DNA from: Candidatus Eiseniibacteriota bacterium
Lineage (GTDB): Bacteria > Eisenbacteria > RBG-16-71-46
Direction of reading: 5' to 3'
Assembly: GCA_963725865.1 (NCBI GenBank)
Contig: CAVSAC010000014.1
Coordinates: forward strand, 1,248,001 to 1,312,000
Length of the DNA stretch: 64,000 nucleotides
A program made the translations under genes and the position numbers. Under the pieces are notes generated by a model, which was not told the origin of the DNA, did no database searches, and worked only from the letters and a program-made list of their open reading frames with translations. Below, in pieces: positions 44,818 to 57,734 of this stretch; positions within the stretch are counted from its first letter, which is position 1; every line of letters begins with the position of its first letter.

Positions 44818-46754
44818 GACACCGAGAGCAGCACCACGCCCACCAGCACCGCGCTCACGAAGCGCCAGAAGACGTCGACGTTCGCGAGGTCGCCGATCGC
44901 GAACTTGAGCACCGTGATCCCCAGCAGCGCGAGCCCGGTCCAGCGCAGGAAACCGGAGCTCCGGCGCCAGCCCAGCGCCACCAGCGCCGCGGCCTGCACC
45001 GTCCACAGCGCGCTGGTGAAGAACGCGAACAGCATCTCGGCCCGCCGCGGACCCGGCACCGCGCCCAGGTCGGGCGGCTGCGCCCAGCGCCCGCCGGTGC
45101 CGGCGAGCGCCTGCGCCAGGTGCTGCGCCTCCATCGCCCAGTAGACGAGCAGCAGCGCGGTCGCCGCCAGCACCCACGCACGTGCGAGCAGCCGGCGCGG
45201 CGCCTCGCCGAAGCGCGACTCGCGCCGCAGCAGTGCGCCGGTCACGATCAGCAGCACGATGCCGCCGAGCACCCGCAGCGCCTGCGGGTGCACGAACGGC
45301 AGCTCGGCGTCCATCGCGTGGGTGTGGTGCACGAGGGTGGCGACGTGCACCATTCCGCCGACCACCGAGACCACCGCGCCGCAGCCGCGCAGCCACGCAC
45401 CGCGCCGGCCGCTGCCGAGCCACGCGAGTGCCGCGCCTTCGGTCAGCCACGCGAGCGACACGTAGTCGGCGCCCGCGGCGCGCTCGAGCGCCAGCATCAG
45501 GAACAGCGTCGCCGCGGCGGACAGCGGCCGCCAGCCGTCGTCGCGCTCGCGTCGCGTGTCGATCCACCACGCCGCCGCCACGTACACCGCCGACAGCGTC
45601 AGCAGCAGCATTGCGGCCGGCGCGCGGCCGACGTAGCCGATGAACGGCCACGACACCGCCGCGAACATCAGCGGCGCGAGCAGGATCACCGCCAGCTCCG
45701 CGGCGCGCGCCGGCGCGTCGGTACGCGCGAGCCTCACGACCGGCGCGAGTCCCGCGCCCGCGAACAGCAGGCCGAGCCCGATCTCGAGCCCCCAGCCCCA
45801 GTCGCCCCGGGGAAAGGTCGCGATCCAGGTCATCGTGGTCAACAGCAGCGCGGCGAGGTCGAGCAGCGCCCAGCCGGCGCGCGCGGTCAGCACCGCGACC
45901 GCGATCACCACCAGCGCGAGGTAGCCCAGCAGCGCCGGCGCGGCGAGATCGAAGCCGCGCATCTGGAGCAGGCTCGAGAGGAGCTGCGGCACGAACGCAC
46001 CGAGCACGCCGAGCGCGGCGACCGACTGCGCCCGGTAGTGCAGCCCGACGGCCACCGTGCCGAGCGCCACCAGCATCAGCAGCACGACGGCCGCCGCGGT
46101 GGGCAGCACGTGGAGCGTGAACCAGCCCAGGTAGATCGCCAGGAACACCACGCCGAGCCCGACGCCGATGAGCGCGTGCCCGAGCGGCGGCAGGCGGCGG
46201 CTCAGGCGATCGCCGCGCCACGCCAGCGCGAGCCCGAACAGCACGCCCGCGAGCACCAGCATGCCGGGGCCCAGGTGTCCCGAGGTGTAGCCCCACACGA
46301 TGCTGAAGAACGCGCCGAGCAGCAGCAACACCGCGCCCACGTTCTGCAGCCACAGTCCGCCGACCAGCTCTTCGGCGTGCGCGCTGTCGAAGAAGTGGCC
46401 GGGAGTGGCACCGGCGGGCCGTTCGAGCGGGCCGCCGAGACGCGCGCCGAGCAGGCTGCCCGAGGCGGCCTGGGCGCTCGCGACGGACGGCGCGGTGGTG
46501 GGGCCCGAGCCCGGTGCCGCGGCGGGCGGCGGCGCGCTGCCGGGCAGCGGCAACGGCAGCGGTGGCGGCGGCGCGATCGCAGGCGCCACGCCAGGCGGCG
46601 GCACCGCGGCGAGCGCCCGGCCGCCCGCGGCCTCGAGGAGCCGCACGCGCTCGCGCAGCCGCGCGAGTTCGCTCTCGGAACGCAGCGCCACCACCAGCGC
46701 CCACACCGGCATGACGAGCCACGCGATGCCGAGCAGGACGAGTGGGAACCACAT
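44778..46754 (-). CDS. DUF2339-like multi-pass membrane protein
   Basis: Pro/Ala-rich linker, E.LVGGLWL..VG motif, many TM helices, C-terminal LKFAIGDL.NV...WRFVS...VG..LL..SFFYQR. Confidence 0.8.
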   Translation of the reverse strand: MWFPLVLLGIAWLVMPVWALVVALRSESELARLRERVRLLEAAGGRALAAVPPPGVAPAIAPPPPLPLPLPGSAPPPAAAPGSGPTTAPSVASAQAASGSLLGARLGGPLERPAGATPGHFFDSAHAEELVGGLWLQNVGAVLLLLGAFFSIVWGYTSGHLGPGMLVLAGVLFGLALAWRGDRLSRRLPPLGHALIGVGLGVVFLAIYLGWFTLHVLPTAAAVVLLMLVALGTVAVGLHYRAQSVAALGVLGAFVPQLLSSLLQMRGFDLAAPALLGYLALVVIAVAVLTARAGWALLDLAALLLTTMTWIATFPRGDWGWGLEIGLGLLFAGAGLAPVVRLARTDAPARAAELAVILLAPLMFAAVSWPFIGYVGRAPAAMLLLTLSAVYVAAAWWIDTRRERDDGWRPLSAAATLFLMLALERAAGADYVSLAWLTEGAALAWLGSGRRGAWLRGCGAVVSVVGGMVHVATLVHHTHAMDAELPFVHPQALRVLGGIVLLIVTGALLRRESRFGEAPRRLLARAWVLAATALLLVYWAMEAQHLAQALAGTGGRWAQPPDLGAVPGPRRAEMLFAFFTSALWTVQAAALVALGWRRSSGFLRWTGLALLGITVLKFAIGDLANVDVFWRFVSAVLVGVVLLSVSFFYQRRIRRERA

Positions 46755-46943
46755 GGGGCGACCCCCGGGACGCGGACGACTGCGCGGGACCGCCGCAGCA
46801 TAACGCGTGGCGCAGCGGATGCGGAACCGCTCGACGGTCGCCGGCCCAGTGTCTGGCGCGGAGTCGGCCATCGGCTGCGGGTGCGATTCAGCGTGCGCCC
46901 GGAGATCGCGCTGTTCACGCTCGCGCCGGCGTGACGCGCGCGC

Positions 46944-47897
46944 TCAGCGCGGCTGCGGCGCGAGACCCAGTGACTGCAGCTCGCGTTCGTCGCCGGGGTC
47001 GTGCTCCTGCCAGTAGGCGCGCCGCGCGGAGCCGGTCAGCTCGCCGGCGTCGGTGCCGCCGAGTGCCGCGCCGCGTCCCGCGCCGGTGGGCGGCTCCCAC
47101 GCCCAGCGCACGATGCGGTGCGGGTACGCGTGCTCGACCTCGAAGCGTCCCGCGCGACCATCGTCGGGACGGACCAGGAAGACATCGCACACGAAGCTGC
47201 CCGCCGGCACCTGCACGGTGACCGGCGCCGCGAGCCGCTCGATCGTGGCGTTGCCCCACGCGCAGGGCCGGTGCGCGAGGCGGCGCCAGAACGGGCTGGC
47301 GAGGAACGGCACGCGCTTCGTCTCGCCCGCGCCCAGGAACGGCACACGCAGCCCGCGCAGCCGGATGAACAGCTCGTCCTCGAACACGCCGCCGGTCGGG
47401 ACCGCGAGGCTCGCCACGGCCGACTCACCCTCGAAGTAGCTCGCGACGTGCTGGCTCATGCGCGCGCCGCGCACGTCCAGCTCCTCGTACACCTGCCCGC
47501 ACCACTCCTGGCTCGAGAAAGCCACCTTCACCGGCGCGAAATCCGATGTGCGAGCGAACACCGACACCATCGTGGCGTAGTCGTAGATCCCGGTCTGGAA
47601 CTTCCGCACGAGATTGAGCTTCAGCACGTCGAGCACGTCGCGCGGCGCGCGCGCGGGATCGTCGAGCTTCACGTGCTTCGAGGCGCTGAACGGCTCGGTC
47701 ACGTAGATCAGCACCGCCTGCCCGGTGCGCGGGTGCCCGTAGCGCGAGATCGTCAGGCGGTAACCGCCCAGCTCCGCCTTGCCGTCGCGCCACACCGCGT
47801 CGAACTCGGGATCGCGCGCGGGCGCTGCAGGCGTGGCGGCGACGACGCCCGCGGGCGTCAGCACGGCGGTGGCGAGCAGGACGGCGAGCGCGCGCAT
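46944..47897 (-). CDS. Secreted conserved hypothetical protein
   Basis: Signal peptide MRALAVLLATAVL; W.DGKAEL..Y...RYG..R.G.AVLIYVTE and SSQEWCG motifs; host-like codon usage. Confidence 0.7.
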   Translation of the reverse strand: MRALAVLLATAVLTPAGVVAATPAAPARDPEFDAVWRDGKAELGGYRLTISRYGHPRTGQAVLIYVTEPFSASKHVKLDDPARAPRDVLDVLKLNLVRKFQTGIYDYATMVSVFARTSDFAPVKVAFSSQEWCGQVYEELDVRGARMSQHVASYFEGESAVASLAVPTGGVFEDELFIRLRGLRVPFLGAGETKRVPFLASPFWRRLAHRPCAWGNATIERLAAPVTVQVPAGSFVCDVFLVRPDDGRAGRFEVEHAYPHRIVRWAWEPPTGAGRGAALGGTDAGELTGSARRAYWQEHDPGDERELQSLGLAPQPR

Positions 47898-48004
47898 GAC
47901 GGTCCCCCGGTGTGATGGTCGTGACGAGCGGCGCGCGCGTACACGCGCCACCGTCGATCGTGCGAGCGGTCGATCCCCGCGGCGCGCGGACGCGCCGTCG
48001 CCGC

Positions 48005-49135
48005 TCACCCCTGCTTCGCCGCGCCCTCGCCCGCGCGGCCGCGCTCGAAGTAGGCGGCCTTGAGGCGCTTCATCACGTCGCCGCGCCGGTCGTAGAGACG
48101 CTTGAGCTTGCGCGGCGCGTGCTTCGCGAGCGCGTACGCGGTCAGCAGCGGCAGGCCGATGGTCGAGTCGGTGTAGCAGATCACCGTGCCCGGCAGCTGC
48201 TCGGGGTCGATCTTGCCCCACGACACCGCCTCGGCGGGCGTGGCGCCCGAGAGCCCGCCGGTGTCGGGCCGCGCGTCGGTGATGGCGAGGAAGTAGTCGT
48301 GGCCCTTCTCGGCGATGCCGAGCACCTCCTGGATCTGCGGCTCGGTCTGGAGCAGGAAGTTCTTGGGGCTGCCGCCGCCCAGGATGAACACGCCGCTCTT
48401 GCCGCCCGCGGCCTTGGCGTCCCACACGATGCCCGCGGTCTCGTTGACGTCGGCGTTCACGTCGATCAGCAGCTTGGAGCCCTCGAGCGCCTTGGCGGCC
48501 ACGTTCATGCCGATCGACGAGTCGCCGGGCGAGGAGGTGTACACCGGCACGCCGCACTCGTAGGCCACCGCCAGCAGCGAGCGCTTCTTCAGCCCCAGCG
48601 CCTCCTCGCGCGCGCGGACGTACTTGCCGCACAGCCAGTGGAACTCCGCGCTGCTCATCGTGCGCTGGAACTCGGGTGCGGCGATGATCTGGCGGAAGAA
48701 CGCGTCGGTGTCGAGCAGCACCGAATAGTCGAAGAACACGTCGTAGATGCGCACCACGCCCTGCTCGCGCAGCACCACGTCGTCGACCTGGAAGGTCCCG
48801 CGGTGGAGCGGCAGCCCGATGCCGAAATGGGTGTCGTGGTACAGGTTCGCGCCGGTCGAGACGATCCAGTCGACGAACCCGGCCTCGATCAGGGGGATGA
48901 TCGCGCTCATGCCGAGCCCCGCGGGCGTCAGCGCGCCGGTGAGCGAGAGCGCCACCGTGACGTCGTCCGCGAGCATGCGCTCGACGAACAGCCGCGCGCC
49001 CTCGCGCAGCCGCGCGCCGTTGTAGGCGAGGAACGCGTTCTCGATCAGCTCGGCCGCGGTCTCGTGCCCGGTGATGGCGGGCGGGTCGATGCGCGGGCCC
49101 GTGATGTGGGGATTGCGGCTGCCGCTCGGCTGCAT
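48005..49135 (-). CDS. Deoxyhypusine synthase-like protein (probable homospermidine synthase, SpeY type)
   Basis: [44 protein letters not shown] motifs. Confidence 0.9.
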   Translation of the reverse strand: MQPSGSRNPHITGPRIDPPAITGHETAAELIENAFLAYNGARLREGARLFVERMLADDVTVALSLTGALTPAGLGMSAIIPLIEAGFVDWIVSTGANLYHDTHFGIGLPLHRGTFQVDDVVLREQGVVRIYDVFFDYSVLLDTDAFFRQIIAAPEFQRTMSSAEFHWLCGKYVRAREEALGLKKRSLLAVAYECGVPVYTSSPGDSSIGMNVAAKALEGSKLLIDVNADVNETAGIVWDAKAAGGKSGVFILGGGSPKNFLLQTEPQIQEVLGIAEKGHDYFLAITDARPDTGGLSGATPAEAVSWGKIDPEQLPGTVICYTDSTIGLPLLTAYALAKHAPRKLKRLYDRRGDVMKRLKAAYFERGRAGEGAAKQG

Positions 49136-49323
49136 GGTCGTCCTCGTGCGTGCGGGGATCGGCGCGCGCGACATTCGGCCGGCGCGCGCGGGGCGGACTC
49201 TAGCGTGAGGCGGACGGCGGCGCCAGTGCGCGGCGCCTCCGCCGCTCGCCGGCGGCCGTTCTTCCCCTTCCTCCAGACGGCGGTGGCGCACATGAAGAAC
49301 CGCTGGACGCAGCAGACGGTGAC

Positions 49324-50862
<1,539 letters not shown>

Positions 50863-51020
50863 GCGCGCTCCGTGGGATTCGTGAGTGGTCACATCCGAGG
50901 TGGCCGGACTATATCGTGCCGCGGAATCCAGCGTGAGCGCGAACTGCCGCCGCGCCGCAATGCTCCCGTCGAAGCCCCCGAGTTCGTGGACGCCAGGAGT
51001 TCGATGCGACTGCACCGCGC

Positions 51021-51842
51021 TCAGAGTCCGCGCGCGCTCCCGATCGCGGTCAGCGCCACCACCATGAGACCGAACGCGAGCTCGCTCAGACCGAAGCGCG
51101 GGATGGTGGTGCGGATCCGCCAGCGCGACAGGCCGACCCCGGCGCGCAGCGCGAGCAACGTGAGCGCGACGACGGCGAGCCACGGCGCGCACGCCGCGCG
51201 GGCGAGCGCGATCGCGGCCGCGATCCCGACCACCTGCGCCAGCAGCGCGGCCGCGATCGGCGCGGGCTGATCGCGATCGAGGCGCAGGCGGGCCCTCACG
51301 TACAGCACCGACGGCACGTCGCGCGCGGCCAGCACGCCCCACAGTCCGAGCGCCGGGCCCGCGCTCCATCCGGCCGCGAGCGCGATGGCGGCCGCGGTCG
51401 AGGCGAGCGCGAGTGCGCCCGCCATCTCGGATGCGGCCTCGCGCGGGCGGGCGGCGAGGTCGAACGCGAGCGCGATCGCCGCCAGCGGCGCCGCGAGCCC
51501 CAGCGCCCACAGCAGCGGACCGCGCGCCAGCAGCAGCGCGCCGGCCAGCGCGAGCGCCGCGACGAGCGCGAGCCCGGCGAATGCGCGCTCGGCCGCCCGC
51601 GTCCGCGGGTAGCGCCGGCCGCGGCGCCGGTCGCCGATCGCCAGCTTGAGCGGCTGGCGGGCGAGGAAGCCGGCGAGCGCGGCGAGCGCCACGAGCACCC
51701 CGGCCGCCGTGGGCGCCACCACGAGGCCCAGCAGCAGCGGCTCGCCCAGGAACGCCCACGCGCCGTGCTCGGCGGGCAGCACGATGCGCCGCCAGTCGGT
51801 CGGCGCGGCCGGCGTCGCGGGCGCGGGCGCCGGGGCGCTCAT
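51021..51842 (-). CDS. YwiC-like membrane protein
   Basis: [11 protein letters not shown] signature, multiple TM segments, YVRARL motif. Confidence 0.8.
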   Translation of the reverse strand: MSAPAPAPATPAAPTDWRRIVLPAEHGAWAFLGEPLLLGLVVAPTAAGVLVALAALAGFLARQPLKLAIGDRRRGRRYPRTRAAERAFAGLALVAALALAGALLLARGPLLWALGLAAPLAAIALAFDLAARPREAASEMAGALALASTAAAIALAAGWSAGPALGLWGVLAARDVPSVLYVRARLRLDRDQPAPIAAALLAQVVGIAAAIALARAACAPWLAVVALTLLALRAGVGLSRWRIRTTIPRFGLSELAFGLMVVALTAIGSARGL

Positions 51843-51852
51843 CGTCGCGCGC

Positions 51853-53724
<1,872 letters not shown>

Positions 53725-54292
53725 GAGGCTCCTGATGTGGGGATCGAGCGGCCGAAGGCGGCGAACATAGCGCGAGCGGGGGCGGGCTTCCAGTCAGGCA
53801 GGCTGGCGCGGGGAATCTCTTCGACGAATGTGACAGATCGCGGACACCGTCGGCGGCCGCCTGCGCGTGTGGGAAGAGAGGAGATGCGGTGCCGCGGCTG
53901 GGGGCGCCCGGCGGATGAAGAGGTCGCTGATCAGCCGACGTGCGCGAAGCTGATCGGGGTGATGGCGCGGATCGAAGCGGTCGAGGCCGGTTCGATCTGA
54001 GTTGTCACCCATGCGACCGGTGTGGAGGGAGTGACGGCGCGGGTCGCGGCGTCTGAGTGCGATTCCGCTTGACAGCCTTCGCGCAGCCCGGGGTGCGCAC
54101 TCCACCGCCCGCGAATGAATCGCGCGTCAGCGTGCGCGGGTCGCGCCTGGACGCCGCGAACGCGGGGCAGGCACGTTTCGTTCTCGTCGCGCCTCGCGTT
54201 CTGCGGCCACACGGCAAGCACGAGCGACGAAGCTATGCGTGCTAATAAGTAGAGAGCGCCCCCGCGACTCTGCCCCCGCGCGGAGTCCCGTC

Positions 54293-55852
54293 ATGAACTC
54301 CTACTCGCTGTCGCACCTGTCGGACCACGTTCTGCTGCACGACCTGGCCACCCTCGTCGCCCAGGACCGCGTCACCACCGCCGCGATGCTCGCTCACCTG
54401 GCCGAGGTCGACGCTCGCAGGCTCTACCTGCCGGCGGCCTACGCGTCCATGTACGCCTGGTGCGTGGGCGAGCTGAAGCTGTCGGAGGACTCGACTGCCA
54501 AGCGCATCCAGGCTGCCCGACTCGCGCGGCGATTCCCGGTGATCTTCCCGATGCTCGCCGACGGCCGCCTGCACCTGAGCAGCGTGATCCTGCTGGCGCC
54601 GCACCTCACCCCCGACAACGCCGACGATCTGCTGGCCGCCGCGGCGCACCAGCCCAAGCCCGCGCTCGAGCGCCTGATCGCCGCGCGCTTCCCGCGGCCG
54701 GACCTGCCGGCGCTGGTGCAGCCGCTCGCGCCGGCAAGTTCTGCCGACGAACATGCCCCGGGGCATGTGATTCTCACCGTTTCTGGACATTCGCCCGCGC
54801 CAGCAGGCGCATGCGAAGGCTCGTTGGCGCTGGCGCCAGTCGACGAACGCGATGCTCAACATGCCCCGGGGCATGTTCCCTCGCACGCCAGGCTCGCCCC
54901 GCTCGCGGCGGGACGCTTCGCGCTGCAGGTCACCATCGCGCAGGAGACCCACGACCAACTCCGCTACGCCCAGGCGCTGCTCGGCCACGCGGTGCCGTCG
55001 GGCGACCTGGCGCAGGTGCTCGACCGCGCACTGGCCGCGCTGGTCGCCCAGCTCGAGCAGCGCCGCTTCGCCCGCACCGCGCGAACCCGCCCCAGCCGCC
55101 GGCGCCGCGGCGAGGACTCGCGCTACGTGCCCGCCGCGGTCCGGCGCGCGGTGTGGCTGCGCGACGGCGGCCAGTGCACGTTCGTCAGCGAGCAGGGCCA
55201 TCGCTGCGAGGCGCGCACGCGGCTCGAGTTCGACCACCTCGACCCCTTCGCGCAGGGCGGCCAGGCGACGCCCGCTCGCATGCGGCTGCTGTGCCGGGCG
55301 CACAACCAGCTCGCCGCCGAGCGCACGTATGGCGCCGAGTTCATGAATCACAAGCGCGAGGCGGCGCGTCAGCGGGTGGCGACGCCGCGCGAGCTGGCGC
55401 CCCCGGCTGTGAGCGCGGCAGCGGAGCTTCGAGCTGCCGAGGCTGCCGTGGCGAGCGACGTGGTGAGCGTTGTAGCAGAGCCCCAGGCGGCCGAATCTGC
55501 TGCGGCGAGCGAGGTCGTGCGCGCTGCAGCCGAGCCCCGAGGTGCAGAGGCTGCCAAGGTGAGCGAGGCCGCGCCGGCACCCGAGACCGCGCGGGCGCTC
55601 GCGCGCGAACGCGCCGAGGCCGCACGGTCGCTCGATCGCGAACGTGCCGCCGCCGCCGCAGCGCGCATCGAGGAGGTGATCCCGTGGCTCCGCGCCCTCG
55701 GGGTCAGCCTCGAGGCCGCGCGCCGCGCGGCGGCGCCGTGCGCCGACCTGCCCGACGGCACGCCACTCGAGGAGCGCGTGCGCGCGGCGCTCAAGCGTCT
55801 GGCGCCACTGGCTGCGAAGAAAGTGCTGCACGCTCAGAGCGCCGCGGCGTGA
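54293..55852 (+). CDS. DUF222-like helical N-terminal domain plus HNH endonuclease plus RuvA-C-like tail
   Basis: LAHLAEVDARRLY...YASMYAWCVGELKLSE; VRRAVWLRDGGQC...C...LEFDH...GG...LLCRAHN; tail LRALG...EERVRAALK. Confidence 0.85.
   Translation: MNSYSLSHLSDHVLLHDLATLVAQDRVTTAAMLAHLAEVDARRLYLPAAYASMYAWCVGELKLSEDSTAKRIQAARLARRFPVIFPMLADGRLHLSSVILLAPHLTPDNADDLLAAAAHQPKPALERLIAARFPRPDLPALVQPLAPASSADEHAPGHVILTVSGHSPAPAGACEGSLALAPVDERDAQHAPGHVPSHARLAPLAAGRFALQVTIAQETHDQLRYAQALLGHAVPSGDLAQVLDRALAALVAQLEQRRFARTARTRPSRRRRGEDSRYVPAAVRRAVWLRDGGQCTFVSEQGHRCEARTRLEFDHLDPFAQGGQATPARMRLLCRAHNQLAAERTYGAEFMNHKREAARQRVATPRELAPPAVSAAAELRAAEAAVASDVVSVVAEPQAAESAAASEVVRAAAEPRGAEAAKVSEAAPAPETARALARERAEAARSLDRERAAAAAARIEEVIPWLRALGVSLEAARRAAAPCADLPDGTPLEERVRAALKRLAPLAAKKVLHAQSAAA
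54751..54877. repeat. Two perfect DNA palindromes inside the HNH gene
   Basis: acatgccccggggcatgt (54751-54768) and aacatgccccggggcatgtt (54858-54877); both encode HAPGHV. Confidence 0.9.
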
Positions 55853-55925
55853 GGCAGCGGGCGGCGGCGGAGGGAGAGACGGCTCAAGACTACCGAGGAT
55901 GCCCCGCGAGCTCAGTGCTCATGGG

Positions 55926-56728
55926 GTCAGACACTATGAAAGCGACCGGCTCCCGGTCGTAGCGTCGCCACGTCGTTGGTGCGTGATGGCGTCCGGGTGA
56001 GCGGAGCGCACACTTGATCGCGGGTTAGGGCCTGACGACCCCAGAGCCGCGTACGAAGAACGGAGCCGGTCCATGGGCAAGGCTAGCTCGTTCGTTGGGC
56101 TGGATGTCCACAAGAGCAGCATCGTCCTCGCCCTGCTGCGGCGGGCCCAGAGCACGCCGCTGGAGTGGAAGGTGGGCAACGAACCCGGGGCGGTCCAGCG
56201 CCTGTTCCGAAAGCTGGAGCGCGCAGACGAGGGCGCGGTGCAGTGCTGCTACGAGGCGGGTCCCACCGGCAACGTGCTGAAGTGCCAGCTGGACCGCGCC
56301 GGGATCGCCTGCCAGGTGATCGCACCGTCCTTAGGCTGGTCGTTGGCCGGGCCCTGCGCCTGCGACGACGCGAACAGGATCCCACGGCGATCACGCTCGC
56401 CGATCGCGCGCTGCGCCGACTCACCCTGCGCCAGCGGCGCATGCTCTACCAGGGTAAGCACCCATCCTCGTCAACATCGCGGTCGCCCGCGAACTCGGTG
56501 TGCCACCTCACGGCCTTGCGGTGGATGGCGTTCTCAGAGTGCGGACCCTTCCGACGGAACACGGTCATGCGGCTCTGCCCGGGGAGCCTCGGGCAACCCG
56601 CGCATATCAGCGTGACTCGTCGTCGAGGCGCCCTGCCTCCGTGGCCGTCCTTCGCTTCGATCCCGAAACACAACAACCATCCCCGACATCGAAGGTGGTC
56701 GTTGTTGACAGCCGGTCACTCCATGTCA
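55926..56728 (+). mobile_element. Internally deleted IS110-family element
   Basis: Transposase N-terminus FVGLDVHK...CCYEAGPTG...VIAPS from 56073 jumps to C-terminal remnants (NIAVAREL); gtca at both ends; imperfect subterminal IRs atgaaagcgaccggc / gccggtcactccat; TTGACA near the right end. Confidence 0.85.
55930..56072 (+). ncRNA. Candidate IS110 bridge/seek RNA region (left non-coding end)
   Basis: About 140-nt non-coding end with a perfect 10-bp long-range IR (gaccggctcc 55944-55953 / ggagccggtc 56062-56071); position matches known IS110 guide-RNA loci. Confidence 0.45.
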
Positions 56729-57478
56729 CCGATACAGCGCCTTCAACTGTCCCCACGTGCTGCGCGTCGCGGGGGCGCAGAGGCACTCGCGGGGATCGGC
56801 GCCCTGGAACGACGAGCAGCCGTCGCAGGCATCGTTCGTGAGCACGGCGTCGCCGTAGCCGGCGGGCTGACGGAGCGTGGAGCGCAGGAATCGAATCCAG
56901 CCGGGGGTGGCGCAGCCCGCGCACGCATCGGAGCCGGAGGCAAGCGACCTCGTCACGGTGAGGGAGAACAGGAACACCATGTCGCCGCCCGCCGGTGGGA
57001 TGGCGAACATCGCGGCCACGGAGTCGATCCCGGAGGTCACGCCGATCCGGATCTCGTTGGATCCGATCGGCCCCTCGGGGTCGCCGACGGCGGGGTCGGG
57101 GCCGATCGTCCACGCGGCGCTTCCGACCAGCACGCCGGCATCGCGGAAGTAGTCCAAGCAGGAGAATGGGGTTCCGTCGAAGGAGACCGTCATCGCGTCA
57201 CTCGGGCGACAGAGTCCGGCGCCGATCCTCCACCAATCGGGCACCGCGGCCGGGAAGAAGACCTCGAGCACGCTCTCCTGCGCCATCAAGTGCTGCAGGC
57301 CGGCGGGTGAGACGACCGCGGCCACGAGGGTGAATGCGGTGCCGCTGTTCGTGGAGCAGCTCCACGTTGCGTCCTCCGCCTCCAGGCAGTCACCGAAATA
57401 CAGCAGGAGCCCATCCGCTCGCGTCGCGCTCGGGCACGCCAACGCCAGGATCATCAGGATCGGTGTCAGGAACCGCAT
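56726..57478 (-). CDS. Secreted Cys-rich protein with C-terminal TWGQLKALYR motif
   Basis: Signal peptide MRFLTPILMILALACPSATRA; many Cys; ends PATRSTWGQLKALYR. Confidence 0.75.
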   Translation of the reverse strand: MRFLTPILMILALACPSATRADGLLLYFGDCLEAEDATWSCSTNSGTAFTLVAAVVSPAGLQHLMAQESVLEVFFPAAVPDWWRIGAGLCRPSDAMTVSFDGTPFSCLDYFRDAGVLVGSAAWTIGPDPAVGDPEGPIGSNEIRIGVTSGIDSVAAMFAIPPAGGDMVFLFSLTVTRSLASGSDACAGCATPGWIRFLRSTLRQPAGYGDAVLTNDACDGCSSFQGADPRECLCAPATRSTWGQLKALYR

Positions 57479-57686
57479 CGCGACCTCACCTTTGCCGGCG
57501 CGTGCGCAGGGGATGGCGCCGGGCGACCTGCGACGGGATGGCGGGATGGGCTCCCCACCCTCGGTGCGCGTCCACCGGTGGGGCGGTGCTGACGGGCGAG
57601 TCGAGCCACCCACCATCGCGGGCCGGGCCCACGCGAGGCGCGGCCCATGTGCAGCAGCGTACACCCGCGCGGCGCAGGGCCGACAC

Positions 57687-57734
57687 CCCCGACATCGAAA
57701 GTGGTCGTTGCCGACAGTCGGTCACTGCATATCA
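57687..57734 (+). mobile_element. Solo copy of the IS110 right end
   Basis: 42 of 48 nt identical to 56681-56728; its terminal tca is the TGA stop of the adjacent gene. Confidence 0.8.

Noticed and set aside
55985..56000. atggcgtc / ggtga as the bridge-RNA target guides
   Set aside because: The matches to the inferred target are short, imperfect and adjacent rather than in a clear loop; cannot be supported without homolog covariation.
56681..57734. The 48-nt repeat as a CRISPR repeat or attC site
   Set aside because: Only two copies 1 kb apart, no cas genes, no attC core motifs; the first copy is contiguous with the IS110 remnant.
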